26,176 nucleotides of DNA from Thelocarpon superellum (taxonomy: Eukaryota): positions 62,001 through 88,176 of the forward strand of contig JAPEUG010000024.1 of assembly GCA_026025795.1 (NCBI GenBank), given 5' to 3'. This document shows positions 1 to 10,816 of the stretch, one piece after another. Positions within the stretch are counted from its first letter, which is position 1. The number at the start of each line of letters is the position of its first letter. The notes beneath the pieces were generated by a model. It had not been told where the DNA came from. It ran no database searches and worked only from the letters and a program-made list of their open reading frames with translations. The position numbers and the translations under genes are program-made.

Positions 1-1042
1 CGACGAGAACACGGCGAAGCCGGTGCCCGTGGGTTTATGCTGATCCGGCGTGCGCAGCGTCCAAAAGGCGATCGGACGGCCGCCAAACTGGGTATACCAG
101 CTCTCGAGCTCTGATTGGGTGGTGTCGTGGGGGAGGCCACTCATGTGCAGGATCTTGCTTCGCTCGGACAGGAAGGCACGCACGTCGGCGCGCGCATCCA
201 TGGGTCGAGTCAGCACGTCGGGATGATCTTGCGGCGGCTGGCTCTTCCGGATCAGGCCCCGGAGCACCCGGGCCAAGGTGATGGCCTCTTCCATGGCACG
301 ACGCGGAGACGCGGGGGCGAGAGCTTGCAAGTGGAAGGGCAGGTTATGCTTGATCGGGGCCGACGACTGCACCGGCTCCACCTCGAGCGCGGCGCAGATG
401 TTGGCTAGCGAGGAGGGACCGAACGGCAGAGACTCCGGGTGATGTTGTTGCCAGCGTTGATACTCCGTGCGCAGATCAAACGTGCGTGAGTGCTGCAGAT
501 AGGGTGGGAGCACGACGGCCTTGTCGCGCGCCTCACGGGGCAGCTGCACGCGCAGGTCCCATGAGTCCAGCGTCACAAAGGAGAACTCAAGGTTCTTGGA
601 GAGCAGGTTGTCCTGTGCAAAATTGTCAAAGGCGTTGACGGCGTCCCGGAAGGTGCCTGCGGCGCGGACGTGCTCCCAGGTCAGGGTTGTGAGGCTGGCT
701 GTGATGAGCTCAGATCAGCACGAGGACTTGTCGAGCGAGGGGCACGAAAGGTGTCACGCCCACTTACTGCACAAGGGGGTGATGGGGGTGTTCACGGGCT
801 TCACCAAGACGCTGTCGCGCGTGATCTATCATCGCCTGGTCAGTGGCGAGGGACGAGCGGGGTGAGGTCAGGACCGGGGGCAAGACCTCTTCGCAACTCT
901 TTGCATCTAGCAAGATCCATCCGAGCTCGATGACCTCGGCCGAGTCTTTGGTGACATAGACCCCATGCTCATCACAGGTCGTTGCGACATGTATGACGAC
1001 ATAACGGTCCAGGTTGGGCTGCTGGGCCTGGTTGGACGACAT
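1..1042 (-). CDS. NRP1: Nrp1/Arp (Dri1)-type RNA-binding protein, N-terminal part: RNase H-like/exonuclease-like domain followed by the start of an RRM; truncated by the window edge
   Basis: Exons 1042-887, 825-768 and 698-<1, with GT..AG introns 886-826 and 767-699. Translation: MSSNQAQQPNLDRYVVIHVATTCDEHGVYVTKDSAEVIELGW...ITRDSVLVKPVNTPITPLCTSLTTLTWEHVR...WDLRVQLPREARDKAVVLPPYLQH...SKILHMSGLPHDTTQSELESWYTQFGGRPIAFWTL...TGTGFAVFSS (RNP2/RNP1-like). Recognised from memory as the fungal Arp/Nrp1 family. Confidence 0.88.
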
Positions 1043-1559
1043 GATGTCTCACTCGGCACGTAAAGACAGACCAAAGCGCGATGAGGAAAACGGGGGTGAT
1101 GTAGAAATACACCAGCCGAACCCTTCAGCGGCAGAGGGAGCAGCGGCGGCGAAAAGGACAGAGATGGTGCGGCAGTGGGAGAAGAAAACGAGTGTGTGGG
1201 TCTTCGGCCGAGGGGCGAAGTCTATGGTGGAAGGAATCGTCCGTGCGGCCGTGTCCGACTAGGTTGGGCGGGATTCCGCCGTCGCTGAAACGCGAGTGTT
1301 GAGAGCGGGAGCGGATCTCGTCGGACGACGAGAGTGGGAGCAGAGGAGAAGAAGTGGGAGTCAAGAATTGGGGGTGAATGCGATGGATGGGTGCGCATGG
1401 GAAGAGAGGAGGGAAGGGGAGGGAGAAGAGAGGAAGGATGCGTGGCCAGGTGAAATGCGGTGAGGTAAAGTTAGGTGGAAGTTGGTGAAGTTGCATTGTC
1501 CGCGCAGGTGGTGCGCGCTGGTGCTGGTGGAGGAAATTGTTGCGTGTGCGGAACCGAGC

Positions 1560-1609
1560 GAGCCAGTGACTGAGCCAGTGAGCCAGTGGGGCCAGTGGGC
1601 CAGTGGGCC
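1560..1609. repeat. Imperfect tandem of five GCCAGTG units
   Basis: GCCAGTG at 1562, 1574, 1582, 1591 and 1599, upstream of NRP1. Confidence 0.85.
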
Positions 1610-1715
1610 CGCGAAAGGCAGCGAGCCAGGAGCGAACAAGATGGCAAAGGCCAGGCCCGGTCCAGCCAAGCTCCGCGCGAAGAGAATCTACCGGGGCGCC
1701 GGAGGCCGCATGTCT

Positions 1716-1779
1716 CTCGTCTCTCGTCCCTCGTCCCTCGTCCCTCGTCCCTCGTCCTTAGGCCCTCGTCCTCTCGTCC
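1716..1779. repeat. 7-nt minisatellite (CTCGTCC)n
   Basis: CTCGTCT, then 5 perfect CTCGTCC copies (1723-1757), then 2 more after a short spacer. Confidence 0.9.
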
Positions 1780-2489
1780 ATGTTCGATGAGATCCACGGC
1801 CGTCAGCACGGCTCTCCGCGCTTGGCTAAAATCCGGCTACGATACCTCCGTCCTACATCGAGGTAGCTCCTCGTCCACACCCATCCGCCGTCCTGCCGCT
1901 ACATGACCAGGTCCCTGGTCCCCGGTCACGTCGTAGTCCCCTGTACTTGTACCAGACTCGCGTGGGAGAGCGCGGGCGCACCTGGTCAGTTCGGTAAGGT
2001 TCATGAAACTCGGCCGACCCGCCGCTGCCACCGGCTTCATCTACCCTCCCCTCCGTCCCAGCAAGCCCGATCGTCGCCTCGTGGCGGCCACGAGCACTGC
2101 CTGCTAGGCGCGCCCCTAGGGCAGATCTAAGGTAGCGACGGCAAGTAGTCCTGCCCATGCGCTCCTGGCCGGTCATCGCTCCGTGTTGGGGATCGCCAGA
2201 GGCCCGAGACGCTCGGCCTACGACACAATTATTCACCGTGCTTAGCACTGGCCTCGCGCGCTCGAGCATGTGCAAGCCCTCCACGCGCCCGGCATCAGGT
2301 CCAGCGATGACGAGCGGCGGGCGGCAGGCGGTGAAGGGGCGCGGTGGGCCGCCGGCAGACCTGCAGGCACAGCAGCACCTCAGCGAGCGGGGAGGCAGGA
2401 GCGAGGGCGTGCAGGGCGCAGGAGCTGCTCGTTGGGCTCGCTTGCGTCCTGGACGTGGGCGCGGGCGTGGGCGAATGGTGCCAGGGGAC

Positions 2490-2517
2490 GGCGGATGGCG
2501 GACGGCGGACGGCGGAC
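2490..2517. repeat. 7-nt repeat (GGCGGAY)x4
   Basis: GGCGGAT GGCGGAC GGCGGAC GGCGGAC. Confidence 0.85.
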
Positions 2518-3988
2518 GTTGGGCAGCGTGGGATGAGGCTCTCTGCCGAGCACGTCGCAGCGGTCGAAAGCGAGCTCCGTTTGCGGCGAAGAGCCCTATC
2601 GAGCCCCCTCTTTACTCCCTTGGCGCTGGCTGACCGACGGTTGGCAACTGTGTACATTGAAATGAGGTGCTGCAGCCGGATCCCGTGCACCGCAGCAAAG
2701 TTCCGGGTACACGTTCCCGACCGCCCTGCCGCACTCTCTACCCGCCCCGTGGAACAGCACGCTCACGCGGCGTGGCGTGGGTCGGCCGTGGCCCGCGTGT
2801 GATCTCTTCGCTCGCGTCTTCCATCAGCGCCGGACGGCGAGGGAACACAAGCGTGCCCTGGTCAAAGGGTTGGCTGTTAGTCAAGCATTCTGGAAGCCGG
2901 ACGACCCTTAGATCGGAAAGCGGCCTCCAGGGGGGGCTCCCATCCAATCGGGCCTGCCCAGCAGGGCGATTCCAACAATGGCCGGAAACTCTACTTCAAG
3001 CGCGGTGCAACGTCGTAGAGTCCGCCAGCAGGCAAGCACTTTGGGCCGCACAACGTGGTCGATCCCAGCAGTCCGCACCTGGCCATGCGTCGATGCTCGT
3101 TGTGATGCAAGTACCATCCGGCGCACGAAGCATACAGTCGCCACTGTCATTCCCGACCGCTTGGTTCCCTGCCCGGTTGGCCGCGGGTCAACTCGTCCTC
3201 GGCGACTCATGCTCACACGTACGAGGACGATACGGAGAGACCGCCATACGACTGGTCATTCCTGTCTGCGGCTAGAGGAAAGACCCAAGCAGCCCCCGCT
3301 GAAAAGTTCAGCGGTCCAGGCACCCCGTCTCAGGGTCTCAGGATCTCCGTGAAGTGCACTTGTGCACTGGTAGCGCAGCGAATACGTAACGAAGAAGTGG
3401 CCGTGGACGTGCACCGCATGATCGGTTGCTCCGACGCCAAATCGTCTCCAAGATCTGGGCGCACATGGCTCGGACACCGGAATCGCGAGGGAAGGGAGAA
3501 TTTCTTCGGGCAGATGGTCCAAGCGCACCGGCCCTCCGCCGGCTTGCTGGCGCATGAGTATCGCACGGTGTGGTACGGTACGGGAGGCTACTCGCGCTGG
3601 GGCGGGTGCAAGTGCGAGTCCGAGTAAGGGACTGTCGTTGTAGCCCGGACGAGAGGCGTACGAGCCCGGCGTGTCGAGACTCGAGGGGGGCCCCTGTTTC
3701 AGCGCCACCGTTGCCGAAGAAGCGAAGCCCTAAGCCGAATGGGGAACATTGTTTATCTACTGTGCGCTTTTACCGAGCGGCGGGTCTGGGGTAAGCTGTG
3801 TAAGATGCATCCTTTGCGCACGAGCACTCCTCACCTCTTCCTTCCTCCCCATCGCGAGGCCGAGAGGTCACAGTGCTGGCCAACTCGATCCTGTCTCGCA
3901 GACCCCTCCTGCATCAAGTTGCCTCCCCACTCTCCCCGCACCCGCCCACGGCGCAACGCGGCCGCGCAGCTTGGCCGCCGCTGGCGCC

Positions 3989-6048
3989 ATGTCGGACGAG
4001 GGCGCCATGGCGAGTCAGTATCAAGTGTTGGAGGAGCTGGGTAGTACGTGCCCCTCGCACAAGGCCGCGCGGCATCCTCGTTGACCTCCCGCGTCCAGGT
4101 GGCAGCTTCGGCGTGGTCTACAAGGCCATCGAGCGCGCGACGGGCGACATTGTCGCCATCAAACATGTTCGTGACACCACGCCGCCGGCCCTAGCGCCCA
4201 GCGCCCTCTTCTGACCTGTCACAGATTGATCTCGAGTCGAGTGATGACGACATCGACGAGATCCAGCAAGAGATTTCCGTGCTCAGCACCTGCGCCAGTC
4301 CGTTCGTCACGCAGTATCGGACGAGCTTCTTGCGCGGTCACAAGCTATGGATCGTCATGGAGTATCTCGGCGGCGGCTCGTGTCTAGACTTGGTGGGAGC
4401 ATTGACCTTCCCGGAAGCGTGCGGTGCTGACGGCTCGCAGCTCAAACCCGGTGCCTTCAACGAAGGTCATATCGCCATCATCTGCCGCGAGTTGCTCCTA
4501 GGCCTCGAGTACCTGCACCGCGAGGGCAAGATTCACCGAGACATCAAGGCCGCCAACGTCCTGCTCTCCACCGCGGGCAAGGTCAAGTTGGCAGACTTCG
4601 GCGTCGCAGCGCAGCTGACGAACATCAAATCGCAACGTAACACCTTCGTCGGCACCCCGTTCTGGATGGCGCCCGAAGTCATTCAGCAAGCCGGCTACGA
4701 CTTCAAGGCCGACCTGTGGTCCTTGGGCATCACGGCCATGGAGATGATCCACGGCGAGCCGCCCAACGCGGGGACGCATCCGATGAAAGTCCTGTTCTTG
4801 ATCCCAAAAGCCCCCGCCCCGCGGCTCGAAGGCCCCCACTATAGTCGCGAGTTCAAGGACTTCGTCGCCTCCTGCCTGATCAAAGACCCAGACCGACGGC
4901 CGACGGCGAAGGAGCTGCTCCGCCACAAGTTCATTCGCGGCGCGGGCAAGGTCGAGGCGCTGCGTGAGCTGATCGAACGCCGGCAAGAATGGGATGGTGG
5001 CAAGACGCGGGCCACCCATCCCAAGTTCTATGAAGAAACCTTGTACGTCCGGCGAGGCAAAGTCAGGGCTGAGTCGCGCGATGCTGACGGGCGTAGGCAC
5101 ACCATGTCCCCCAGGACCGAGGAGGACGGATGGGTCTTCGACACGGTCAAGGCACCGACGATGGCCGCGGTCAAGGGATCAGCGAAGCGACGGAAGCTCT
5201 CCGCCATCTCTGGAAATGCGCAGACGTCGTCTCCGGAGGAGGCTCTGCGCCATCTGGATCTCAATGCCACGTCGAATCCGCCCGCCATCTCATCCACCTC
5301 GACCGTGCGAAAGACCGTCCACGTCACCCCCGCATCTCCGTCCAAGGTCGCGTCGCCCAGACGGCGGAGCAGCGCACAGCAAGCTCCGCTAGTGCCGGAT
5401 ATGAGTTTCGGGAATGGAGCGTCGACCGTGCGGCAGTTTCGGCGCGTATCCGACAACTCGCCCCACACCTCGCCGGAAGCGTCCATCGCCCAACGAGACG
5501 AGAATCGCCCGGCGCTGGCCGAGACAGTGACGAAAGAAGCGTGGCTCGGACGAAAGATCTACGCCCATGCCGTGGACCATGCCATGCAGGAGACCTACGC
5601 ACAAACGGGGTCCCAGCAAAAGCGTGAGGCCATCGCGAAGGTGGCCGATGCGTGGAGTGCGCTGGATGCCGTCGATCCCGAGGGAGAGTATCAACTGCTC
5701 AAAGCCATCGTCACGCGAATCTCCAGGTACGAACACGATTACTCCGTCTCGGTGTGCGGGACGGGCTAACCGAGCCTCTCTAGCGACCCTAAACTCGCCC
5801 CGCTGCTGCCGTCCAGCCCCTCCACCACCTCGCCTCAGCCCAAGCTCGTTTTGGCGCAGAACAACCCGCACCTCAAGAGCCACATCCGACGCCAGTCCCT
5901 TCAGGCGCCCGTGGACGACGAGCCATCAGACGCAGGACTGAGCATGCCGGGCAAGGTCGTGCCCGGGCTCGAGCATACTAGCCAGCTGGCTGACGTCCTC
6001 TACGGGCGGTGGATCAGTGGGCTCAAGAATCGGTGGGCCGTCGTGTGA
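3989..6048 (+). CDS. sid1: Ste20/GCK-family Ser/Thr kinase, Sid1/SepL-like (septation initiation network), about 595 aa
   Basis: Exons 3989-4043, 4099-4166, 4225-4392, 4441-5042, 5097-5726 and 5784-6048. Motifs: [27 protein letters not shown], and GTPFWMAPE (Ste20 signature). C-terminus [13 protein letters not shown]...LADVLYGRW. The kinase call is firm; Sid1 versus other GCK subfamilies is from memory. Confidence 0.9.
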
Positions 6049-6648
6049 ACGCTCCGGCCCCGCTACCCTTCACTTCTCCCGGGCCTGGTGCCATCCCTTC
6101 GTCTTCGCTCTGCGATGTGATATAGATCTTGGGGGGGTTCGCTGCGGCTGCATGCACAGGGTTCCGAGCATCAGCATTGCATTCTACCAGGAGCATTGAG
6201 CCGCGGAGTTCTCCATGTGTCTGCCTCTCGGGGAAGAGCGAGGCCTTTGCGTCTATGGCTCGTCACTTGTAATCTAGATATCCATCTTCTTGTAGCACTT
6301 CCAAGCCGCCGTGGAAGATCAGTCACACGAATGCGCGATGGATCATTCATAGCACGGTCGGTCTATCGAAGAGGGATGACTGTTTTGAACTGGGGTTCCG
6401 ACGCGCAGGTGCCGGGGATGGCGGGCCAGACGGTGGGTTGGTGGACCTACTGGGATTAATGGCGGTCACGTCGCGCCCCCAAAGGAATTGCCGACGCCAT
6501 TTTCTCGCCAACACCAAGCGCGGGCAATTGATCCGCGTCGCGGTACCCTCCCCTACTGATGATTGGCCTGTGAGCACCCTACTTACGTAGTACGTACACA
6601 AGTATGGATCGAATCAACACTTCATGACTGAGCCCCTGGTGATGCGGA

Positions 6649-8346
6649 ATGGACGAGGTCTTACCGGCCGCATCGGAGCCACGTCCACTCTCCGGCTCCG
6701 ACCTCTGCCATGAGGACCTGGGCTCCACGGCCGCCGAGCGGACCACCGAGTCTTCCCGAGGTCCACAGCTGCAGAGCCCAACATGCACCAGCACCGTGAC
6801 GGCCATGCTTCCACCTCCGCGGCCGTCAGAATCACGCGCTGCGTCGCAGCCGACGGGGAGCGGGAAGAGAAGTGGAAAGCGCCTGACGCTCAGTTTCCCT
6901 GTTCAGCCACAATCGCCGCGGCCGACCCCTTCCTCGCCCGTGCAGGGGACGCCGCCGACGCCAGGACCATCGATGATCGGAGAACGGTCAGTTCTATCAC
7001 CGAGCGAGTCAGGGAGCTTCCTCGTGGACTTGGCGGCGCAGGAGCGACGCGTCTTTGAGCTCAAGGAGGAGCTGCACCGAGCCGAGCGAGACCTCGAGCG
7101 CCTGAAGCGGCAATGGGCCTTACATGAGGCAGCGAGAAAGCGAGACGAGATGAGGCACATGGAGCAGATGCAGCGGTTTCATAGCACGGTGGGTAGCGTG
7201 GAGGGTAGTGGCGATGAAGGCCTCGCGCTCACACGGGCGAGTTTGGACCGAGGAGCGAGCGGAGGCGCCGGCGGCGCCGGCGGCGGTGGCGACGGGCGAG
7301 ACACCAAAACGTCACGACGCACTGTCATCTCCGGTCAGACACATACCAGGACCCTCTCCTTATTGTCCCCCGAGCGAAAGGGGCCGCCCCCCAAACCCAT
7401 GCCACATTCCCGGCGTCTTACCGAGCCCAATGTCAGCAATGGAGTCCCCCCTGAGTCGGCCCAACATCCTACGCTGTCCGGATCCACATCCTCGCCCGCG
7501 ATGGCAACAACGACGACAACGATAGAGGACGTGCTCCCGGCACCGTCCAAAGATGCACTCTTGAAGACGGGCCGTCGTATCGCAGAAGACTTCAAGGAAG
7601 GACTGTACACCTTCTTCGACGATCTGCGACAGGCGACCGTTGGCGACGAGCCGGTGTACGGTCCCGGCGCCAGAGCGGCCAACTCGGCCTTGACGCCTTC
7701 GGCCAAGAGGCCGACCCTCATCGAAGGTAGTGGAGGAGGAAGCGATGGTGTCGACGCGAGTGTGCGACAGAGTCCGGGGACGCGTTCACAAATGGCCCCC
7801 AACGGCGGACTCCGGGCCGACGACGGGGCATTGATCGACATTGGCGGCACCTTTTGGAATGACCATGGTTCCGAAGCGATGGACACCAAACAGGCCAAGG
7901 GCCTGGGAGTGTCGAATCTCTTTCCCGCCGATGCCTCTGCCCCCTCATCACACTCTGCCGCGGTTTCTGAAGGGTGGGATGCTTGGGCATCGTCCGGGAC
8001 TCAGGTCTCCTCGTCGGGGCGTAGCAGCAGCACGCTCGTATCGGAGGTAATCCCGTCTCCCTCCTCCGGCCTGGGCGGTCCTACGGTGTCGAGGTAAGAA
8101 ATTGTTCCAGCCACTCCGCCTCCGTGCTAATCGTGCAGTCCTTTGGCCGCGCCACACTCACCGGTCCCAGGAGCCAGGATCGAGACAATGTGGCCGTCAT
8201 TGACCAAGCTCTCCCCGGGTAATCTCAAGCAAACAGCGTCAACATTCATGGCTGGATGGGAAAAGAGCTTGGCCTCGTCGGCAGATGGAGACGCGCCACC
8301 CAAGCACATACCGAAGTCCCCATCTACCACGAACAATGCTGCGTGA
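6649..8346 (+). CDS. DUF4048-family fungal protein (coiled coil plus low-complexity regions), about 550 aa
   Basis: Exons 6649-8093 and 8139-8346 (45-nt intron GTAAGA..GCTAAT..CAG). Blocks recognised: KRLTLSFP, LAAQERRVFELKEELHRAERDLERLKRQW, HTRTLSLLSP, KTGRRIAEDFKEGLYTFFDDLRQATVGDE, WPSLTKLSPGNLKQTASTFMAGWEKSL. Confidence 0.8.
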
Positions 8347-8982
8347 GACGAGCGTTATCTCGGTCTCCATGATTTTACGTATGTCACGATCTAGCCTTGT
8401 TTCTTTACGCTTTGTGAGCTCCCTAGATCGTGTCTTCCATCAGTGATGAGCATTTTATCTCCCAGAAAGTCAAGGATCGAAGATCTGGGTGGATCCTAAG
8501 GTAACAGGAAAAGTTAGGGTCATCGTAGAGCAAGAACACCGTGAGCAACACCTATGTGGCCACGTAAGCCTTCAGATTTGGACGGGTTCCACCCCAACCA
8601 TGGTGTGATTGAAGCTTTGGCCATCGCCGAAAACATATTTTATTCTTTATTCGATTTCATCTCTACTTTTCACGGGCCAATTCAGGGAAAGAATAGTAAT
8701 GATGTCACGGACTTTGTTCTCCCGAAAACACTGGTAGCTCAAGCCGACGTGCATTCCAAGAAGGAAGAACAGTTGAGGCGTCGACGACATCTGCTCCTTG
8801 AGCAGGACCGTTGCAGATACTACGACTCAGATAGTATCTGAACAGAGCGGCTACCACCGAACTCAAGGTCGCTGTTGCCGCCACGTTCGCTTACCCGGTG
8901 GTCAAAGCTGGCCCACGTCGGAACAAAGCTTCAGCACGCCTTGAACAGATGATCCTCCAGCGAACGGCATCTGCACCCAGAG

Positions 8983-9698
8983 ATGAATATTCCTGGGATG
9001 CCATTTGGCGGGGGGCGGGGGAGTACGGAGGACAGTGGAGGAGGATCTTTGAGCGAGGAGCAACAGCAGCAGGCGATAGTGAAAAACGTGCGAATACCCC
9101 GGTTATTTCACTAGTCATGAGACTTCAGCCTGATGACATGAGAGTGGACAGATGCAAGCCGCGATGGAGAGCTGCCCGGCCAAGACGGCCCTCGCCGGGG
9201 GCATGGGATTCGCATTGGGAGGCGCTTTTGGCCTGTTCATGTCGAGCGTAGGTTCTACGATTCATTGAATACCTGTCCGGAAAGTTGCTGACGTTGACCA
9301 GATGAGCTACGATACTCCACTCGCGTCACAAGGACAGCAGCTCGCTGATCTACCGTTGAAAGAGCAGCTTCGACGGGGATTCAAGGATATGGGTACTCGT
9401 TCCTACAGCTCTGCGAAGAACTTTGCCCTCATCGGGGCCATCTTCTCTGGCACCGAATGCTGCATCGAAGGAGTATGTCCCGCACCTGGATCGGTCCCGA
9501 CGAGAGCAGAACAAGCCTGACCGGTCAATGTGATAGTTCCGTGCCAAGAATGACCTCACCAATGGCATCGCTGCTGGTTGCATAACGGGTGGGGCCCTGG
9601 GTGCGAGAGCCGGTCCTCAAGCCGCGGCGGTGGGATGTGCTGGCTTTGCTGCCTTCAGTGCTGCCATCGACTACTACATGCGAATGCCTTCGAATTGA
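8983..9698 (+). CDS. TIM22: Mitochondrial inner-membrane translocase subunit Tim22, 177 aa
   Basis: Exons 8983-9087, 9152-9247, 9302-9472 and 9537-9698. Translation: [38 protein letters not shown]...[70 protein letters not shown]. Confidence 0.95.
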
Positions 9699-10645
9699 AG
9701 TCACAGCAGCGACGCTGGTGAGCAGCATACCACGCCAACGTCTTGTATACTCCACTCGTGTATCATTGGGACGGTAGCATCGGCAGGCGTCCGGGACGGC
9801 CACGGCGTTGGACAAGCACGAGACAGGTAGACGTTCTTGAGATTTCTGTCACCTACCTAGCGTTCGCGTGAAATTGTCGCCATGATCAATCCATCCATGA
9901 TTCCACCCGCCTTGGACACTGAATGCCTGCCCCGCAGATCGGATCCTGAGCCCGACGGACCGCACTTGCCTTCGTCTTGACGAGGGCTGGGTGGAGGTGA
10001 CGCGTCGGCGGCCAATGAGATGTGCTCGCTCCGCATGGTGCCGTCATGAGAACTCCCTACCGTCCTACCATGTTGCTCGCCCCTTGCTTGACCATCATGC
10101 AGCCCGCAAGCAGCTTCACGCGCCGAGGATGCTTATCGCATCCACGAGAGACTGCGAAGCGGGTGACTGGACTCGCGGAGGGCCAGCGCAGGAACCATCG
10201 AGCGGTTGGGGGGACAGCTCCAGACTTGAAGTAGGTGGAGGACTCTGCTTGAAGCCTCCCAAGACCTACCGCGGCTCACGACGATTCTCGTTGGGGACAT
10301 CCGTGACTGCCCTTCCACCCAGCTTGGACAAGCGCCGCCGCCTGGTGCTGCCCAACGGTGACTGCCCGTCTCTCGCTCGCGAGCTTCCCACATATTCCTC
10401 CTTCTTTCTCTTGCCACATCCCACTCCCCCACCGTCAATTTGGAAAGCCACCTTCACTGCCATCATTCTCTTTTCCCCCACCCTCCCTGGTCCGCTTCCT
10501 ATTCCCTTCTTTAAGTGTTATCCCCACCTCTGCACCTGGTGACTGTCTGCACTTTGAGCCTTTCCCTACACTCTCCACACTCGCCCTCCATTCTCCCTCC
10601 ACACCTCGTCTGCCCCTTGTCTAGTCTCCCTGTACCTCGCCACCG

Positions 10646-10669
10646 CGTCTTCGTCTTCGTCTTCGTCTT
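10646..10669. repeat. (CGTCTT)x4 microsatellite in the CT-rich leader of the CFEM gene
   Basis: Read directly from the sequence. Confidence 0.85.
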
Positions 10670-10692
10670 TGTCTGTCGTTCTCAATCGTGCT

Positions 10693-10762
10693 GTAAGTAC
10701 CCGTTCGATCTCTGCGTCGCTGCAACGTGCCATTGTCAGGCTTCTCACTCCAGCTCTCCTAG
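10693..10762 (+). other. Probable 5'-UTR intron of the CFEM gene
   Basis: Perfect donor GTAAGT at 10693, CTCAC branch-like site at 10744, YAG acceptors ending at 10753, 10762 or 10766. Size is typical for this window and it lies about 55 nt before the ATG. Confidence 0.45.
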
Positions 10763-10816
10763 CCAGTTGCACCCGCGTACTCACCTTCGTCCTCGTGCCG
10801 TGCATCACGCATCAAA

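Noticed and set aside
1560..2517. Repeat arrays as CRISPR arrays or transposon ends
   Set aside because: Units are 7-9 nt with no unique spacers, no cas or transposase gene, and no terminal inverted repeat or target-site duplication; the context is eukaryotic.
8443..8520. Box C-like GTGATGA as a C/D snoRNA
   Set aside because: No suitably placed CTGA box D or terminal stem was found downstream.
8554..8841. 95-aa ATG ORF upstream of TIM22
   Set aside because: No recognisable motif, and its AT-rich composition is unlike neighbouring exons; probably terminator/promoter spacer.
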